A DNA stretch of 35,161 nt from a bacterium. Lineage in GTDB: Bacteria; Patescibacteriota; Minisyncoccia; Phycocordibacterales; UBA10002. The notes under the pieces were generated by a model. That model was not told the origin of the DNA and ran no database searches. It worked only from the letters and a program-made list of their open reading frames with translations. Below, piece by piece: positions 7,269 through 16,589 of the stretch; positions within the stretch are counted from its first letter, which is position 1, and each line of letters opens with the position of its first letter. The DNA lies in NCBI GenBank assembly GCA_030649775.1, contig JAUSFR010000013.1, positions 1 to 35,161 on the forward strand, in the 5' to 3' direction. A program made the position numbers and the translations under genes.

Positions 7269-8351
7269 ATGACCAACGTCTATATAGAACAACAAGGACT
7301 TCCCGAACTTACTCCCTCACTCGTTTTCTGGCCAAACTATCGGTTTCCGATAAAGGAGAGCAGGCTGTTTCTGCGTGACATTATGGCACAGTACTCGGAG
7401 CCGTTTTTCAATCTGGTTGACCGAAAGGAGGAGGCCGACTTTTTTGCCGTTCCGTTTGAGTATTTTGACGTCGTAGACGGATTTGGTTCATATCTTGCGC
7501 GTGTGTATGCTTCCGCGAAAGAGGCAGGGAAAAAAGTGTTGCTTTTTGACTATACCGACTATGTGGACCGCGTTCCCACTCTTCCCAAGCATGCCGTACT
7601 CTTTCGCGTTTCCGCCTACCGGCACCACAAAAAAGAGAACGAGTTCGTGATGCCGTATTTTGTGCAGGACTTTGGTTCGCTTCCGTTTTCCACGAAGTCG
7701 CCGGAGCCGGTCATCGGTTTTTGCGGACTTTCGGGGTACGGGCGCTTCCCTCAGTCGATCAAAGCGGAAGTTAAATGGTACATGACCGCCGTCACACTGT
7801 TTCTTCAGGGCGACCGTTTGCGAGCGGTGCACCGCAAGGGAATCTACTGGAGAAAGCAGAGCCTTTCCGTGTTACGGCAAACGGCGGGCATTAAACCCGC
7901 GTTTGTGGAACGTCATGCCTACTCGCTCCACCGCGACAGTGTGGAGGGAACTCCCGAGAGGATACGCGCCGAGTACACGGAGAACCTGCGTGCCTCGCAT
8001 CTCGCGCTTGTGGTTCGCGGGGACGCCAATGCCTCGCAACGTTTCTATGAGGCTCTGTCTGCGGGGCGTATCCCACTCTTCCTTGATACCAATTGTGTCC
8101 TCCCGCTTGAAGAGCTCGTTCCCTACGATAGCGGTATGCTACGCGTGCCGTGGACGGGGCTACGTACCCTCGGAGAGGTTGCGTCAAAGCGGTATACTAT
8201 GCTTACCGATACGGCCTTTATGGAAATGGAGCGGTCGGCGCGAAGGATTTTTCAGGGTTATCTCAAACTGGACCGTTACTTCGCTATCGTGTTTGATAAG
8301 GTGCATTCGCCGTATAGGAACGTGCTCTACGGCGCGACACATCATGAGTAA
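7269..8351 (+). CDS. exostosin-like (GT47-related) protein
   Basis: EEADFFAVP and C-terminal LVVRGDANASQRFYEALSAGRIPLFL..LP match the exostosin family pattern. Confidence 0.7.
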   Translation: MTNVYIEQQGLPELTPSLVFWPNYRFPIKESRLFLRDIMAQYSEPFFNLVDRKEEADFFAVPFEYFDVVDGFGSYLARVYASAKEAGKKVLLFDYTDYVDRVPTLPKHAVLFRVSAYRHHKKENEFVMPYFVQDFGSLPFSTKSPEPVIGFCGLSGYGRFPQSIKAEVKWYMTAVTLFLQGDRLRAVHRKGIYWRKQSLSVLRQTAGIKPAFVERHAYSLHRDSVEGTPERIRAEYTENLRASHLALVVRGDANASQRFYEALSAGRIPLFLDTNCVLPLEELVPYDSGMLRVPWTGLRTLGEVASKRYTMLTDTAFMEMERSARRIFQGYLKLDRYFAIVFDKVHSPYRNVLYGATHHE

Positions 8352-9210
8352 TGCTTCACCAAAGAAAAAAGTGCTCATCACGGGAGCAATGGGTTTTACA
8401 GGGAGACACCTTGCCTCGCTTCTTTCCCGTGACCAAACACTCGTGCTTACGCTTTCGGGTCTTTCGCCAGAGGCCAACCTCTTAAACTTTTCTGAATGCG
8501 ACTTCTTAAATCCATCTTCGGTCAAAGGTCTTATCACGGAAAGTCAGCCGGACCAGATTTACCACCTTATCGGGAGCTATACGAACGAGTATGAAAGAGA
8601 TTACGCGTCAAATGTGCTCTCCACCAAACATTTGCTTGACGCGGTGCGCGAGGCAGGCACAAACAGCCGTGTGCTTCTTGTGGGAAGTTCCGCGGAGTAC
8701 GGGTTTCCCGATGACCCCACTCTTCCCGTGAGGGAGATACACCCCCTTCGCCCTGTGTCCGTCTATGGCCTCGTGAAGGTGTATCAGCATACTCTCGCGG
8801 GTACCTATAGTCGGCTCTACAATATGGATATCGTGGAAGTTCGGCCCTTCAATCTCAAAGGAAAGGGTATCTCCTCGCTTCTCTTTGTCGGAAAGATGGA
8901 GGAGGAGATACGGAGATACAAAAACGGAGAGATACAAAGCATCGTTACGGGCGATTTGTCGGTAGAGCGCGACTATATTGATATTGACGAGGCAATCAAG
9001 TACTATCGGAGGGTTCAAGAGGCAGGGAAAACGGGGGAGGTCTATAACGTGGGGAGCGGTAAGGCTTCCTCACTACGGGACGTCCTTTCGGAGATGCTCA
9101 AAGTGGAGGGTCTTACGATGGATATCGTGAAAGAAGGGAAGCACGCGGTACCCGGCAAAATGGTCGTCCCCAAGCTTTTTGCGGATATCACGAGCCTAAA
9201 AAAATTGTAA
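8344..9210 (+). CDS. NAD-dependent epimerase/dehydratase, Rmd/Gmd-like
   Basis: ITGAMGFTG, PDQIYHL, GSSAEYG, YGLVK, RPFN and RDYIDI motifs; start moved to ATG 8344. Confidence 0.85.
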   Translation: MSNASPKKKVLITGAMGFTGRHLASLLSRDQTLVLTLSGLSPEANLLNFSECDFLNPSSVKGLITESQPDQIYHLIGSYTNEYERDYASNVLSTKHLLDAVREAGTNSRVLLVGSSAEYGFPDDPTLPVREIHPLRPVSVYGLVKVYQHTLAGTYSRLYNMDIVEVRPFNLKGKGISSLLFVGKMEEEIRRYKNGEIQSIVTGDLSVERDYIDIDEAIKYYRRVQEAGKTGEVYNVGSGKASSLRDVLSEMLKVEGLTMDIVKEGKHAVPGKMVVPKLFADITSLKKL

Positions 9211-9224
9211 ATCAGGTAATTGGT

Positions 9225-10157
9225 ATGCGAACACTCACCATCATCGCTCCGGTCTATAACGAGGAGGAGGTCATCGCGGATTTTTACCGCGAGCTCAAAG
9301 TGGAACTCGGCAAGCTTTCGGGCTACAGTGCGAGTATGCTTTTTGTGGTTGGACGGGGGAGCGACCGCACGCTTCCGATTTTAAAAGAGCTCGCCTCAAA
9401 AGACAAGAGTCTTCGGGTACTCTGGCTCTCGTCACGGTTCGGACATCAGATGCAACTTCTCGCGGGTATTGACCATGCGGAGAGTGATGTTCTCATTATG
9501 ATGGACTCCGATTTACAGCATCCGCCGAGCGTTATTCCGAAGCTCCTCGCCGAGTTTGAGAAAGGGAGTGATGTGGTTTACACCATTCGCGAAAAAACCG
9601 CCGACCAGAGTTTTTACCGCAAGTGGAGTTCGGATATTTTCTACTGGTTTTTGAACCGCATATCGGATGTGCGCATTAGTGGTAATGCCGCCGATTTCAG
9701 ACTTATCTCCCGCAAGGTCGCGAAGGTACTTCAACAGGAGATTCGCGAGCGCAACTTATTTTTGAGGGGTATTATTCCCTGGCTGGGCTTTAATCAGGTG
9801 GGCGTCCACTTTGTCGCAAACCCCCGAAAGGCGGGGAAGAGCAAATATTCGCTCTCACACCTTATTACGTTCGGACTCGCTGGTGTGGTGTCCTTCAGCC
9901 GAAAACCTCTTCGGGTGGCGATTGTCGTGGGGCTTGTGGTCGCTACGTTAGGTTTCCTGTATGCACTCTTTGTCACCGTGCAGTCGTTTATGAGTAAGAG
10001 CCTCCCTGAAGGATGGGCGACCGTTATCGTGCTCCTCTCCGTCTTCGGAGGGTTACAACTCGTGTTTCTCGGCGTGCTCGGTGAATACATTGGTGCGATT
10101 TTTGACGAGGTAAAAAAACGACCGCATTATATCGTGGATGAGAAGATTAATTTCTAA
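9225..10157 (+). CDS. GT2 polyprenol-phosphate glycosyltransferase (GtrB/ArnC-like)
   Basis: PVYNEE, FGHQ, MDSDLQHPP, DFRLISR, two C-terminal TM helices and GEYIG..F.EVKKRP.Y. Confidence 0.92.
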   Translation: MRTLTIIAPVYNEEEVIADFYRELKVELGKLSGYSASMLFVVGRGSDRTLPILKELASKDKSLRVLWLSSRFGHQMQLLAGIDHAESDVLIMMDSDLQHPPSVIPKLLAEFEKGSDVVYTIREKTADQSFYRKWSSDIFYWFLNRISDVRISGNAADFRLISRKVAKVLQQEIRERNLFLRGIIPWLGFNQVGVHFVANPRKAGKSKYSLSHLITFGLAGVVSFSRKPLRVAIVVGLVVATLGFLYALFVTVQSFMSKSLPEGWATVIVLLSVFGGLQLVFLGVLGEYIGAIFDEVKKRPHYIVDEKINF

Positions 10158-10219
10158 TTTCCCCGCCTGCGCTGAAGCAATTTCCGAGGCCAGGTACTAT
10201 AGCTACTTTCAGAAAGAAC

Positions 10220-10334
10220 CAAAGCACAATGTCCAAAAAACCAAACAAAGCACAATGTTTCAAAAAATCAAACGAGCACGGTTTGTGTTTTTGAGATTTG
10301 TGTAGTTTGTTTGGTCTTTGTGTACTGTGTTTTG
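10220..10334. repeat. intergenic inverted-repeat element with A/C-rich and G/T-rich arms of about 54 nt
   Basis: Arms 10220-10273 and 10281-10334; the left arm aligns by eye at about 45/54 with the reverse complement of 25287-25339. Confidence 0.8.
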
Positions 10335-10360
10335 TAAAGTTTAAAATAGGTAATTGCATT

Positions 10361-11887
10361 ATGTCAGCAAATCTCACAAAAATCATACGCACGCACTCCT
10401 CTTTCTGGTTTTTGTTTGCCGTGCTTTTATTCGTGAATATCTATTCGCTTTCCACGCTCACGACCAAACCCGCCTACTGGTATGACGAGGCGATTAACGT
10501 GGAGCTCGCGCGTAATTTCAGCGACTTCGGAAAGCTTGACCTCGTTGTCGCACCCAATACGTTTTCGGAGCAGGGTGCAACCGTGGGTTCCACTGGGTTT
10601 CCGGTGACCGTGCCTCTCGCCGGATTTTTTAAACTCTTTGGATTCGGCCTTACCGAAGCGCGTGCCTATATGCTCATCTGGATGAGTGCGCTTATCATCG
10701 TCTTCTTTTTTATCGCGCGAGAACTGTGGGGTCCGTTTGCCTCGTATGGTGGTACGCTCCTCCTCGCCACGTTCGCGCCGTTCTACGGCAACGGGCGGAG
10801 CGTGATGGGGGAGATACCCGGGTTTCTCTTTTTTCTGTGCGCCTATTATCTCTTTGAACGGAAAAAGTGGCTCTGGGCGGGATTTCTCCTCGGCCTCGCG
10901 GTTGTGTCCAAACCTTCCGTCTATCTTTTTCTCATTCCCGCCTTCGCGCTGGTCGTACTGCTTCAAAGTGACCTCTGGAAAAGGAAACTAGTGAATCTCA
11001 TTGCCGTGGGCTTTGGCGCGGTGCTTGCACTTGTGCCTTGGTTCGCGATTTACGCGAGTGAAGTGTCGCGGGGAGGGCTTGCCCAAAATATCCTCAATCA
11101 TTTCAAAAATCCGTACGCAGAGGCGGGAGTGAGCGCGCTTACCAATATCCACACCAATCTGCCTACACTCCTTACCTCCACAACCCTCCTCTATATGTGG
11201 GTACTGCTTTTCGGTGTCATCATTGCACTGTGTATAGAGCGAGGATTACTACGAGAGCATAAAAATATCCTTATTCTTTCGCTGGTGTATATTCCTCTTT
11301 CACTTGTCCAATATTTGAAGAGCTTCGGGTACCTGCGGTATCTCATCGCCACCGAGTTTTTGATATTCCTGTTGTTTCTTCTTGCGCTTCCGGCACTCGC
11401 GCGGTTTGCCGCGAATCTTTTCGGTCTTCCCCGCCTGCCTGCGCAGGCAGGCGAAAGCGGGGACCCAGCAGGGGATGTAAAAAGAAAGAACTGGATTCCC
11501 GTTTTCACGGGAATGACTGTGGCCATTTTGGTGCTGATGCAGACCGTACACCTATTCGCGTTCTCCGACCTCTACGCTTCCGAAAAAACGCAAAAAACAA
11601 TTCTCTATCTGTATACGAACTATCCGACGGGCACTATCGGAGTCGTTAATGTACCCCAAATCGCAAGCTTCATTCCCTCATTCCAAAAATATCAATCTCT
11701 TTCCACCTATGGACTGTGGAACTTCGGCCCACGTATTCTGTATTTGTCCGGAGATAAATTGCCGAGCACGCTTGTGACCGAGTCGGGAGAGACGGGTTTT
11801 TCCGCGGAAGAAAAAGAGATTCTGAACGCGCGGTATACGCGCGACAGCGCATTCACCGAAGGCTTCTCCATCTATACGAGAAAATAG
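10361..11887 (+). CDS. GT-C-type membrane glycosyltransferase (PMT_2/ArnT-like)
   Basis: WYDE after the first TM helix, GE.P, GLAVVSKP, polytopic; start moved to ATG 10361. Confidence 0.8.
   Translation: MSANLTKIIRTHSSFWFLFAVLLFVNIYSLSTLTTKPAYWYDEAINVELARNFSDFGKLDLVVAPNTFSEQGATVGSTGFPVTVPLAGFFKLFGFGLTEARAYMLIWMSALIIVFFFIARELWGPFASYGGTLLLATFAPFYGNGRSVMGEIPGFLFFLCAYYLFERKKWLWAGFLLGLAVVSKPSVYLFLIPAFALVVLLQSDLWKRKLVNLIAVGFGAVLALVPWFAIYASEVSRGGLAQNILNHFKNPYAEAGVSALTNIHTNLPTLLTSTTLLYMWVLLFGVIIALCIERGLLREHKNILILSLVYIPLSLVQYLKSFGYLRYLIATEFLIFLLFLLALPALARFAANLFGLPRLPAQAGESGDPAGDVKRKNWIPVFTGMTVAILVLMQTVHLFAFSDLYASEKTQKTILYLYTNYPTGTIGVVNVPQIASFIPSFQKYQSLSTYGLWNFGPRILYLSGDKLPSTLVTESGETGFSAEEKEILNARYTRDSAFTEGFSIYTRK
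11424..11517. mobile_element. in-frame dRS3/REP-like inverted pair with a nested 18-bp palindrome
   Basis: GTCTTCCCCG[CCTGCCTGCGCAGGCAGG]CGAAAGCGGGGACCCAG ... CTGGATTCCCGTTTTCACGGGAATGAC. Confidence 0.8.
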
Positions 11888-11914
11888 GTGAATAAGAAAA
11901 AAGCGAACACCCGT

Positions 11915-13339
11915 TTAAGGTTGCGGGATTTCCTCCACATTTGTTACCGGCGCAAGCTCGCTTTCTTTTGACGCGGTGGAAAAATTAGCGTTTCGCCGAG
12001 TGCCATATTTTTCCGTGAGGCCGTGTATTCCATACACGGCGAAGACAAGAATGAATGCATTTACGGGAAACCGGAACCGCGCGTTCACCGAAAGGCCGAC
12101 CGCGACCGTGGTGAGGACGAAGTAGGCGATGATAAGCAGTACAAAAATTCCCTTCGCTCGCTCTTGTGGTGCCTTGAGATAGCGCAGAGTACCTATGATG
12201 AAGCACAGGGCGATACCAATCCAGAGGAGTCTACCGAGGATAACAAAAAGCAGGGGACTCAAGAGAAGCGGACGTAGGCGGGCGAGTGTTTCTAGTGGAG
12301 ACGAGAAAAACAGAGAGAACGCAGGGCGTTCAAGTCGGAGTGTTGGCTCGGCTCCCACTCGGTAGAGAATATCAAGGTATCCGTCGTGCGTGAAAAAAGT
12401 GAGTAGAGTGACCCCCGATGATTTCAGAGCCCCTACGGGGTGGAGCTTCAAAAGTTCTACCGCGCGCTGTTTATAGTAGGGGGCGTTCGTAAGGTTAATA
12501 TCTTCAAAGTTCGCGAGCTGTCCTTCTCCTGCGTAGAACTCCCGTTTCGCTTCCTCAAAACCTTGGTGCTTTTCAAACGCGATAGCCGAGGGAAGGAGGT
12601 ATCCAAACGGAACGCTCGCGTACTGCGCCGAGAGCGCGGGGTTGTGGAACAGGATGAAATTGCGGAGCATCCACGGTGAGAGGACGGCAAAAAAGATAAC
12701 GAGGAAGAGAGCGCTGTGGCGCAGTGCTCGCGCACGCTCCCTCCAGAGGAGATAGCAGATGGTTACAATAATCAGGAGCGGAAGGTACTGTGTCGTGGGT
12801 CGTGCGAGGGTCGCGAGCGCGAGAAGGAGCGACGAGCCGGCAAGGACGGAAGCACGTTTATTTTTCCAGTAGTCCAAAAAGAATGCCATGCTTCCGAGAA
12901 ACAAAACCGTAAAGAGCGTTTCGTTGCGTATCGTCGTCGTGAGCTCCACGGAAAACGGTTCAATCGCAAGAACAACCGCGACGGCAAGCGCGACCCATCT
13001 TTGCGGGATAAGTTCGCGCGCGATTTTGTAACCCAAAAGCGGAATAAGGCTACCGAGAATAATCTGCGCTATAAGCACCGCACCGTAACTTTTGAACACA
13101 TAGACCAGTCCCGCCATAAGGAGCGGGTAGAGGATGGTCCGTATGGAATCAGGGACAAACGGGGGAGCAAGGTCGCGCGAAAACCCGTTACCGTGAAGCA
13201 GATTTTCCGTGAGCTGGTAGTATCCGTCAAACGCGGGAAAGGCCGTCGTAAACGAGCCGGACTCCGTGAGCGCGACGAAGAAAAAGAGCGTTCGCGTGAA
13301 AAGAGCGAGGAAAAAAATCAGCCACAGCGTTCGAAACAT
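11915..13339 (-). CDS. GT-C-type membrane glycosyltransferase (PMT_2/ArnT-like)
   Basis: D.YY.L..NL..G.GF, R...YP, ETLF, LATLARP, PWMLRN and RFRFP motifs; polytopic. Confidence 0.85.
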   Translation of the reverse strand: MFRTLWLIFFLALFTRTLFFFVALTESGSFTTAFPAFDGYYQLTENLLHGNGFSRDLAPPFVPDSIRTILYPLLMAGLVYVFKSYGAVLIAQIILGSLIPLLGYKIARELIPQRWVALAVAVVLAIEPFSVELTTTIRNETLFTVLFLGSMAFFLDYWKNKRASVLAGSSLLLALATLARPTTQYLPLLIIVTICYLLWRERARALRHSALFLVIFFAVLSPWMLRNFILFHNPALSAQYASVPFGYLLPSAIAFEKHQGFEEAKREFYAGEGQLANFEDINLTNAPYYKQRAVELLKLHPVGALKSSGVTLLTFFTHDGYLDILYRVGAEPTLRLERPAFSLFFSSPLETLARLRPLLLSPLLFVILGRLLWIGIALCFIIGTLRYLKAPQERAKGIFVLLIIAYFVLTTVAVGLSVNARFRFPVNAFILVFAVYGIHGLTEKYGTRRNANFSTASKESELAPVTNVEEIPQP

Positions 13340-13345
13340 AGTTGT

Positions 13346-13374
13346 TTTACTTTAACTCCGAGACCATTTATAAT
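13346..13374 (+). promoter_or_regulatory. sigma70-type promoter, probably leaderless
   Basis: TTTACT-17 nt-TATAAT, 7 nt before ATG 13382. Confidence 0.65.
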
Positions 13375-13381
13375 CACCCCC

Positions 13382-14140
13382 ATGTCACTCCTAAGCGAGA
13401 AGCCGAACATCATAGGAATGATTCCGGCGTATAACTGTGCCCATCTTCTTTTGCGCGCCTTTGAGCAAGTCCCCAAACAATATTTTGATGATATCATCAT
13501 CGTTGACGACGGGTCAACCGACGACACACTCGCAGTCGCGAAAACCTTGGGTGCTAAAGTCTTTACGCATCCGCATTCAGGATATGGCGGGAACATTAAG
13601 TATGCCATCAAAAAAGCGATTGAACTCGGCGCGGACTATATGATTGAAATTCATGGGGACGGACAGTATGACCCCGAAAATATCCCCACGGCCATAGAGA
13701 AAATAAAAAACGAGCAACCCGATTTTCTGCTCGGTTCGCGCTTCACGAGTATCCTCGGGCCACTTCGGGACAAGATGCCACTTCCGCGGTATCTTGCGAA
13801 TCTCGGCATGAGCCTCATTGACCGCGCGGTGCTCCGTCTCCCGCTCACGGAGTTTCATCAGGGATTTCGCGTGTACAGCAGGCGTCTCATTGAACGCGTC
13901 GGACTTCAAGATACGAGTGACGACCATTTGTTCAGTTTTCAGATTATCGCCAAGGCCGCGTTTTTTAAAATGAAAGTAATGGAAATTCCGGTGCGGTGCG
14001 ACTATTCGGGAGAGCACACTTCCATCAGTCTCACGCGCTCATTCGTGTACGCTACGCATACGTTTGGTGTGCTCGGGCTTTACCTCTTTGCAAAACTCGG
14101 CTTCAAAACGCGTTTGTTCAAAGATGAAGGTGTCCACTAA
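13382..14140 (+). CDS. GT2 glycosyltransferase (Dpm1-like)
   Basis: IPAYN, VDDGSTD, GYGG, HGDGQY, LGSRF and GFRVY motifs; the listed 12716 start is an artefact overlapping the opposite gene. Confidence 0.9.
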   Translation: MSLLSEKPNIIGMIPAYNCAHLLLRAFEQVPKQYFDDIIIVDDGSTDDTLAVAKTLGAKVFTHPHSGYGGNIKYAIKKAIELGADYMIEIHGDGQYDPENIPTAIEKIKNEQPDFLLGSRFTSILGPLRDKMPLPRYLANLGMSLIDRAVLRLPLTEFHQGFRVYSRRLIERVGLQDTSDDHLFSFQIIAKAAFFKMKVMEIPVRCDYSGEHTSISLTRSFVYATHTFGVLGLYLFAKLGFKTRLFKDEGVH

Positions 14141-14146
14141 TTCTCT

Positions 14147-15394
14147 ATGTCAAAACTTTTAACACAAAAAAAGGCGTGTCGGATTTGTCGCGGTAAGGAG
14201 GTGGGGAAGGTTCTTTCCTTCGGCCCGACTCCGCTCGCGAACGCGTTCCTTACCGAGGGCGAACTGCGTGACGCCGAATCCTATTTTCCGCTTGACGTCT
14301 ATCTCTGCAAAAATTGCGGGCTCCTGCAACTTATGGATGTCGTCGCCCCCGAGGTGCTCTTCAAGGACTATGTGTATGTTTCGTCCACGTCTCCGGTATT
14401 CGTGGAGCACTTCAACCGATTTGCGGAGACGATGTGCGACCGCTTTTCTCTCGGGAAACATTCACTCGCGATTGACATCGGTTCAAATGACGGGATATTG
14501 CTTTTGCCGTTCGTGCGAAAAGGCGTGCGGGTTTTGGGGATTGAACCGGACAAAGCCATTGGCGCTGTCGCCAAGAAGGCCGGAGTAGAAACGGTAAGCG
14601 CATTCTTTAGCTCCGCACTCGCGAAAAAGATAGTAAAAGAATACGGGAAGGCCGACCTCATCACCGCTACCAATGTCTTCGCCCACATAGACGATATCCA
14701 CGAGGTAGCCAAAGGAGTCAAACTGCTTCTCAAAGTGGATGGTGTATTCATCATTGAAGTGCCGTACCTCGTTGATTTTCTGGAGCAGAATCTTTTTGAC
14801 ACGGTGTACCACGAGCACCTGTCGTATTTCAGCGTGACGGCACTTAACGCATTCTTTGAACGGGCGGGGATGCGCCTTACTCACGTAGAGCGGGTGGAAA
14901 CGCACGGAGGGTCACTCCGCGTTTTCGCGACGAGGAAGGATTCCTCACGCCGTAGCTCACCCGCCGTGAAATCGTTTATGCAGGCGGAGAAGAAAATGGA
15001 GCTTGGCGTAGAGAGCACCTACGCTACCTATGGGCTTCGCATTCAGGAAAACCGTGCGAAACTTATCTCACTTCTTTCGGGTTTAAAGCAGGAAGGGAAG
15101 ACGATTGCGGGGTATGGTGCTCCGGCAAAAGGGAACACACTGCTCAACTTCTTCTCTATCGGCAGTGACCTTCTAAGCTATATCGTTGATGACAGTCCCC
15201 ACAAGCAAGGGCGGTATACGCCGGGGAAACGAATACCCGTCGTGTCTCGCGACAAACTTATCACGCACCCTCCGGATTACCTCCTCATTATCGCGTGGAA
15301 TTTTGCCCCATCCATTATGGCGAAGAACGAAGAGTTTAGACGGCGGGGAGGGAAGTTTATCATTCCGGTTCCAACCCCTCGTATTATAAAATAA
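14147..15394 (+). CDS. NDP-hexose C-methyltransferase family (Zn- and SAM-dependent)
   Basis: CRIC..PLANAF..CKNCGLLQL, DIGSNDG, YHEHLSYF, HGGSLR, YGAPAKGNT and AWNF motifs. Confidence 0.92.
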   Translation: MSKLLTQKKACRICRGKEVGKVLSFGPTPLANAFLTEGELRDAESYFPLDVYLCKNCGLLQLMDVVAPEVLFKDYVYVSSTSPVFVEHFNRFAETMCDRFSLGKHSLAIDIGSNDGILLLPFVRKGVRVLGIEPDKAIGAVAKKAGVETVSAFFSSALAKKIVKEYGKADLITATNVFAHIDDIHEVAKGVKLLLKVDGVFIIEVPYLVDFLEQNLFDTVYHEHLSYFSVTALNAFFERAGMRLTHVERVETHGGSLRVFATRKDSSRRSSPAVKSFMQAEKKMELGVESTYATYGLRIQENRAKLISLLSGLKQEGKTIAGYGAPAKGNTLLNFFSIGSDLLSYIVDDSPHKQGRYTPGKRIPVVSRDKLITHPPDYLLIIAWNFAPSIMAKNEEFRRRGGKFIIPVPTPRIIK

Positions 15395-15430
15395 GCACGC
15401 ACTACCGCGTATAAGAAAGTAAAGTAGATT

Positions 15431-15458
15431 TGGTTATTGTTTCTTGGTTATTGATTAT
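15431..15458 (+). repeat. intergenic heptamer array TGnTTnT x4
   Basis: TGGTTAT TGTTTCT TGGTTAT TGATTAT, ending 8 nt before ATG 15467. Confidence 0.75.
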
Positions 15459-15466
15459 TTACCTCT

Positions 15467-16567
15467 ATGTCCACCATTGTCACCGAAGATGTTGAAACAA
15501 TTGTCGCGACGCTCCGAAAGGAAATCGGCGTCCTTGAAGGAAAGACCCTCCTCATTTCCGGCGGGTCGGGTTTTTTGGGAAGCCATTTTCTGGCCGTACT
15601 CGCGCGCCTCAACAAAACGGTATTCACGAAGCCCTGCAAGGTGATAACGCTTGATAACTACGTGACGGGCACGCGCAAAAATCCTTTGGGCGATATTACG
15701 GACGAGAACTTTACGTTTCTTAAGGGTGACATCTGCGCCCCATTACAGGTAGAAGGGCCAGTGGACTACATTATCCATATGGCCGGTATCGCCTCACCGG
15801 TGTACTACATCAAGTATCCGCTCGAAACCATTCACACCGCGACCATTGGTACGGAAAATCTCTTAAAACTCGCTCGCGAAAAAAAATCAAAGAAGTTTTT
15901 GTTCTTTAGCTCCAGTGAAATATACGGAGACCCCGCGCCCGAATCCGTGCCCACACCCGAAACCTACAAGGGCAACGTCTCCTCCATCGGCCCACGCGCG
16001 TGTTACGACGAAAGCAAACGTTTGGGCGAAACACTCTGTATGGTGTACCACTCTCTCTACAAAGTGCCTGTCGTCATCGTACGGCCCTTCAATGTGTATG
16101 GTCCTGGTATGAAGCAGGAAGATAGGCGGGTTATCCCGCAATTTCTCTCGTGCGCCTTCGCGGGCAGGCCTCTCCCGATTCACGGAAGCGGTCTTCAGAC
16201 GAGGAGCTACTGCTACATCACGGATGCGCTTGTGGGATTTTTCAAGACGCTTGTTGGAAAAACAGGCGGTGAGGTCTACAACATTGGAAGCCACGAAGGC
16301 GAAACAAGTCTCGTAAACCTCGCGAATACGATAGCGGACGTGCTTGACCGGAAACTTAAAATCGCCAAGATTCCGTATCCTGCCGAATACCCATCCGACG
16401 AGCCAAACCGAAGATGCCCCGATATCACCAAGGCGAGAAAAGAACTTCGTTATGAACCCGAAGTTGACCTTGAGACCGGTCTTCGGCGTATGATTGCGTG
16501 GTTCAAAGATACCTATAGCCCCGGCGCGGTCAAATCGGTTTCTAAAGCTTCGGCAAAGACGAAATAG
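15467..16567 (+). CDS. UDP-glucuronate decarboxylase (UXS)-like SDR
   Basis: GGSGFLG, AGIASP..Y, SSSEIYGDP, GPRACYDESKR, RPFNVYGP and QTRSYCY motifs. Confidence 0.88.
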   Translation: MSTIVTEDVETIVATLRKEIGVLEGKTLLISGGSGFLGSHFLAVLARLNKTVFTKPCKVITLDNYVTGTRKNPLGDITDENFTFLKGDICAPLQVEGPVDYIIHMAGIASPVYYIKYPLETIHTATIGTENLLKLAREKKSKKFLFFSSSEIYGDPAPESVPTPETYKGNVSSIGPRACYDESKRLGETLCMVYHSLYKVPVVIVRPFNVYGPGMKQEDRRVIPQFLSCAFAGRPLPIHGSGLQTRSYCYITDALVGFFKTLVGKTGGEVYNIGSHEGETSLVNLANTIADVLDRKLKIAKIPYPAEYPSDEPNRRCPDITKARKELRYEPEVDLETGLRRMIAWFKDTYSPGAVKSVSKASAKTK

Positions 16568-16589
16568 CCGGTAGTCGCGCGGTTCCGCT

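Noticed and set aside
7903-8343. N-terminal extensions of ORFs listed at 7903, 2377, 10298, 21803, 25255 and 31181
   Set aside because: They overlap upstream genes or repeats; family motifs begin at downstream ATGs, so the starts were moved.
10160-10193. CCGCCTGCGCTGAAGC... and CTAAAGCTTCGGC (16542-16554), reminiscent of a small hairpin repeat
   Set aside because: Too degenerate, and the two do not align well enough to call a family from this window.
12716-13381. Long Arg-rich N-terminal extension of the 474-aa plus-strand ORF
   Set aside because: It is the antisense shadow of the hydrophobic gene at 11915-13339; GT2 homology and a promoter point to a start at 13382.
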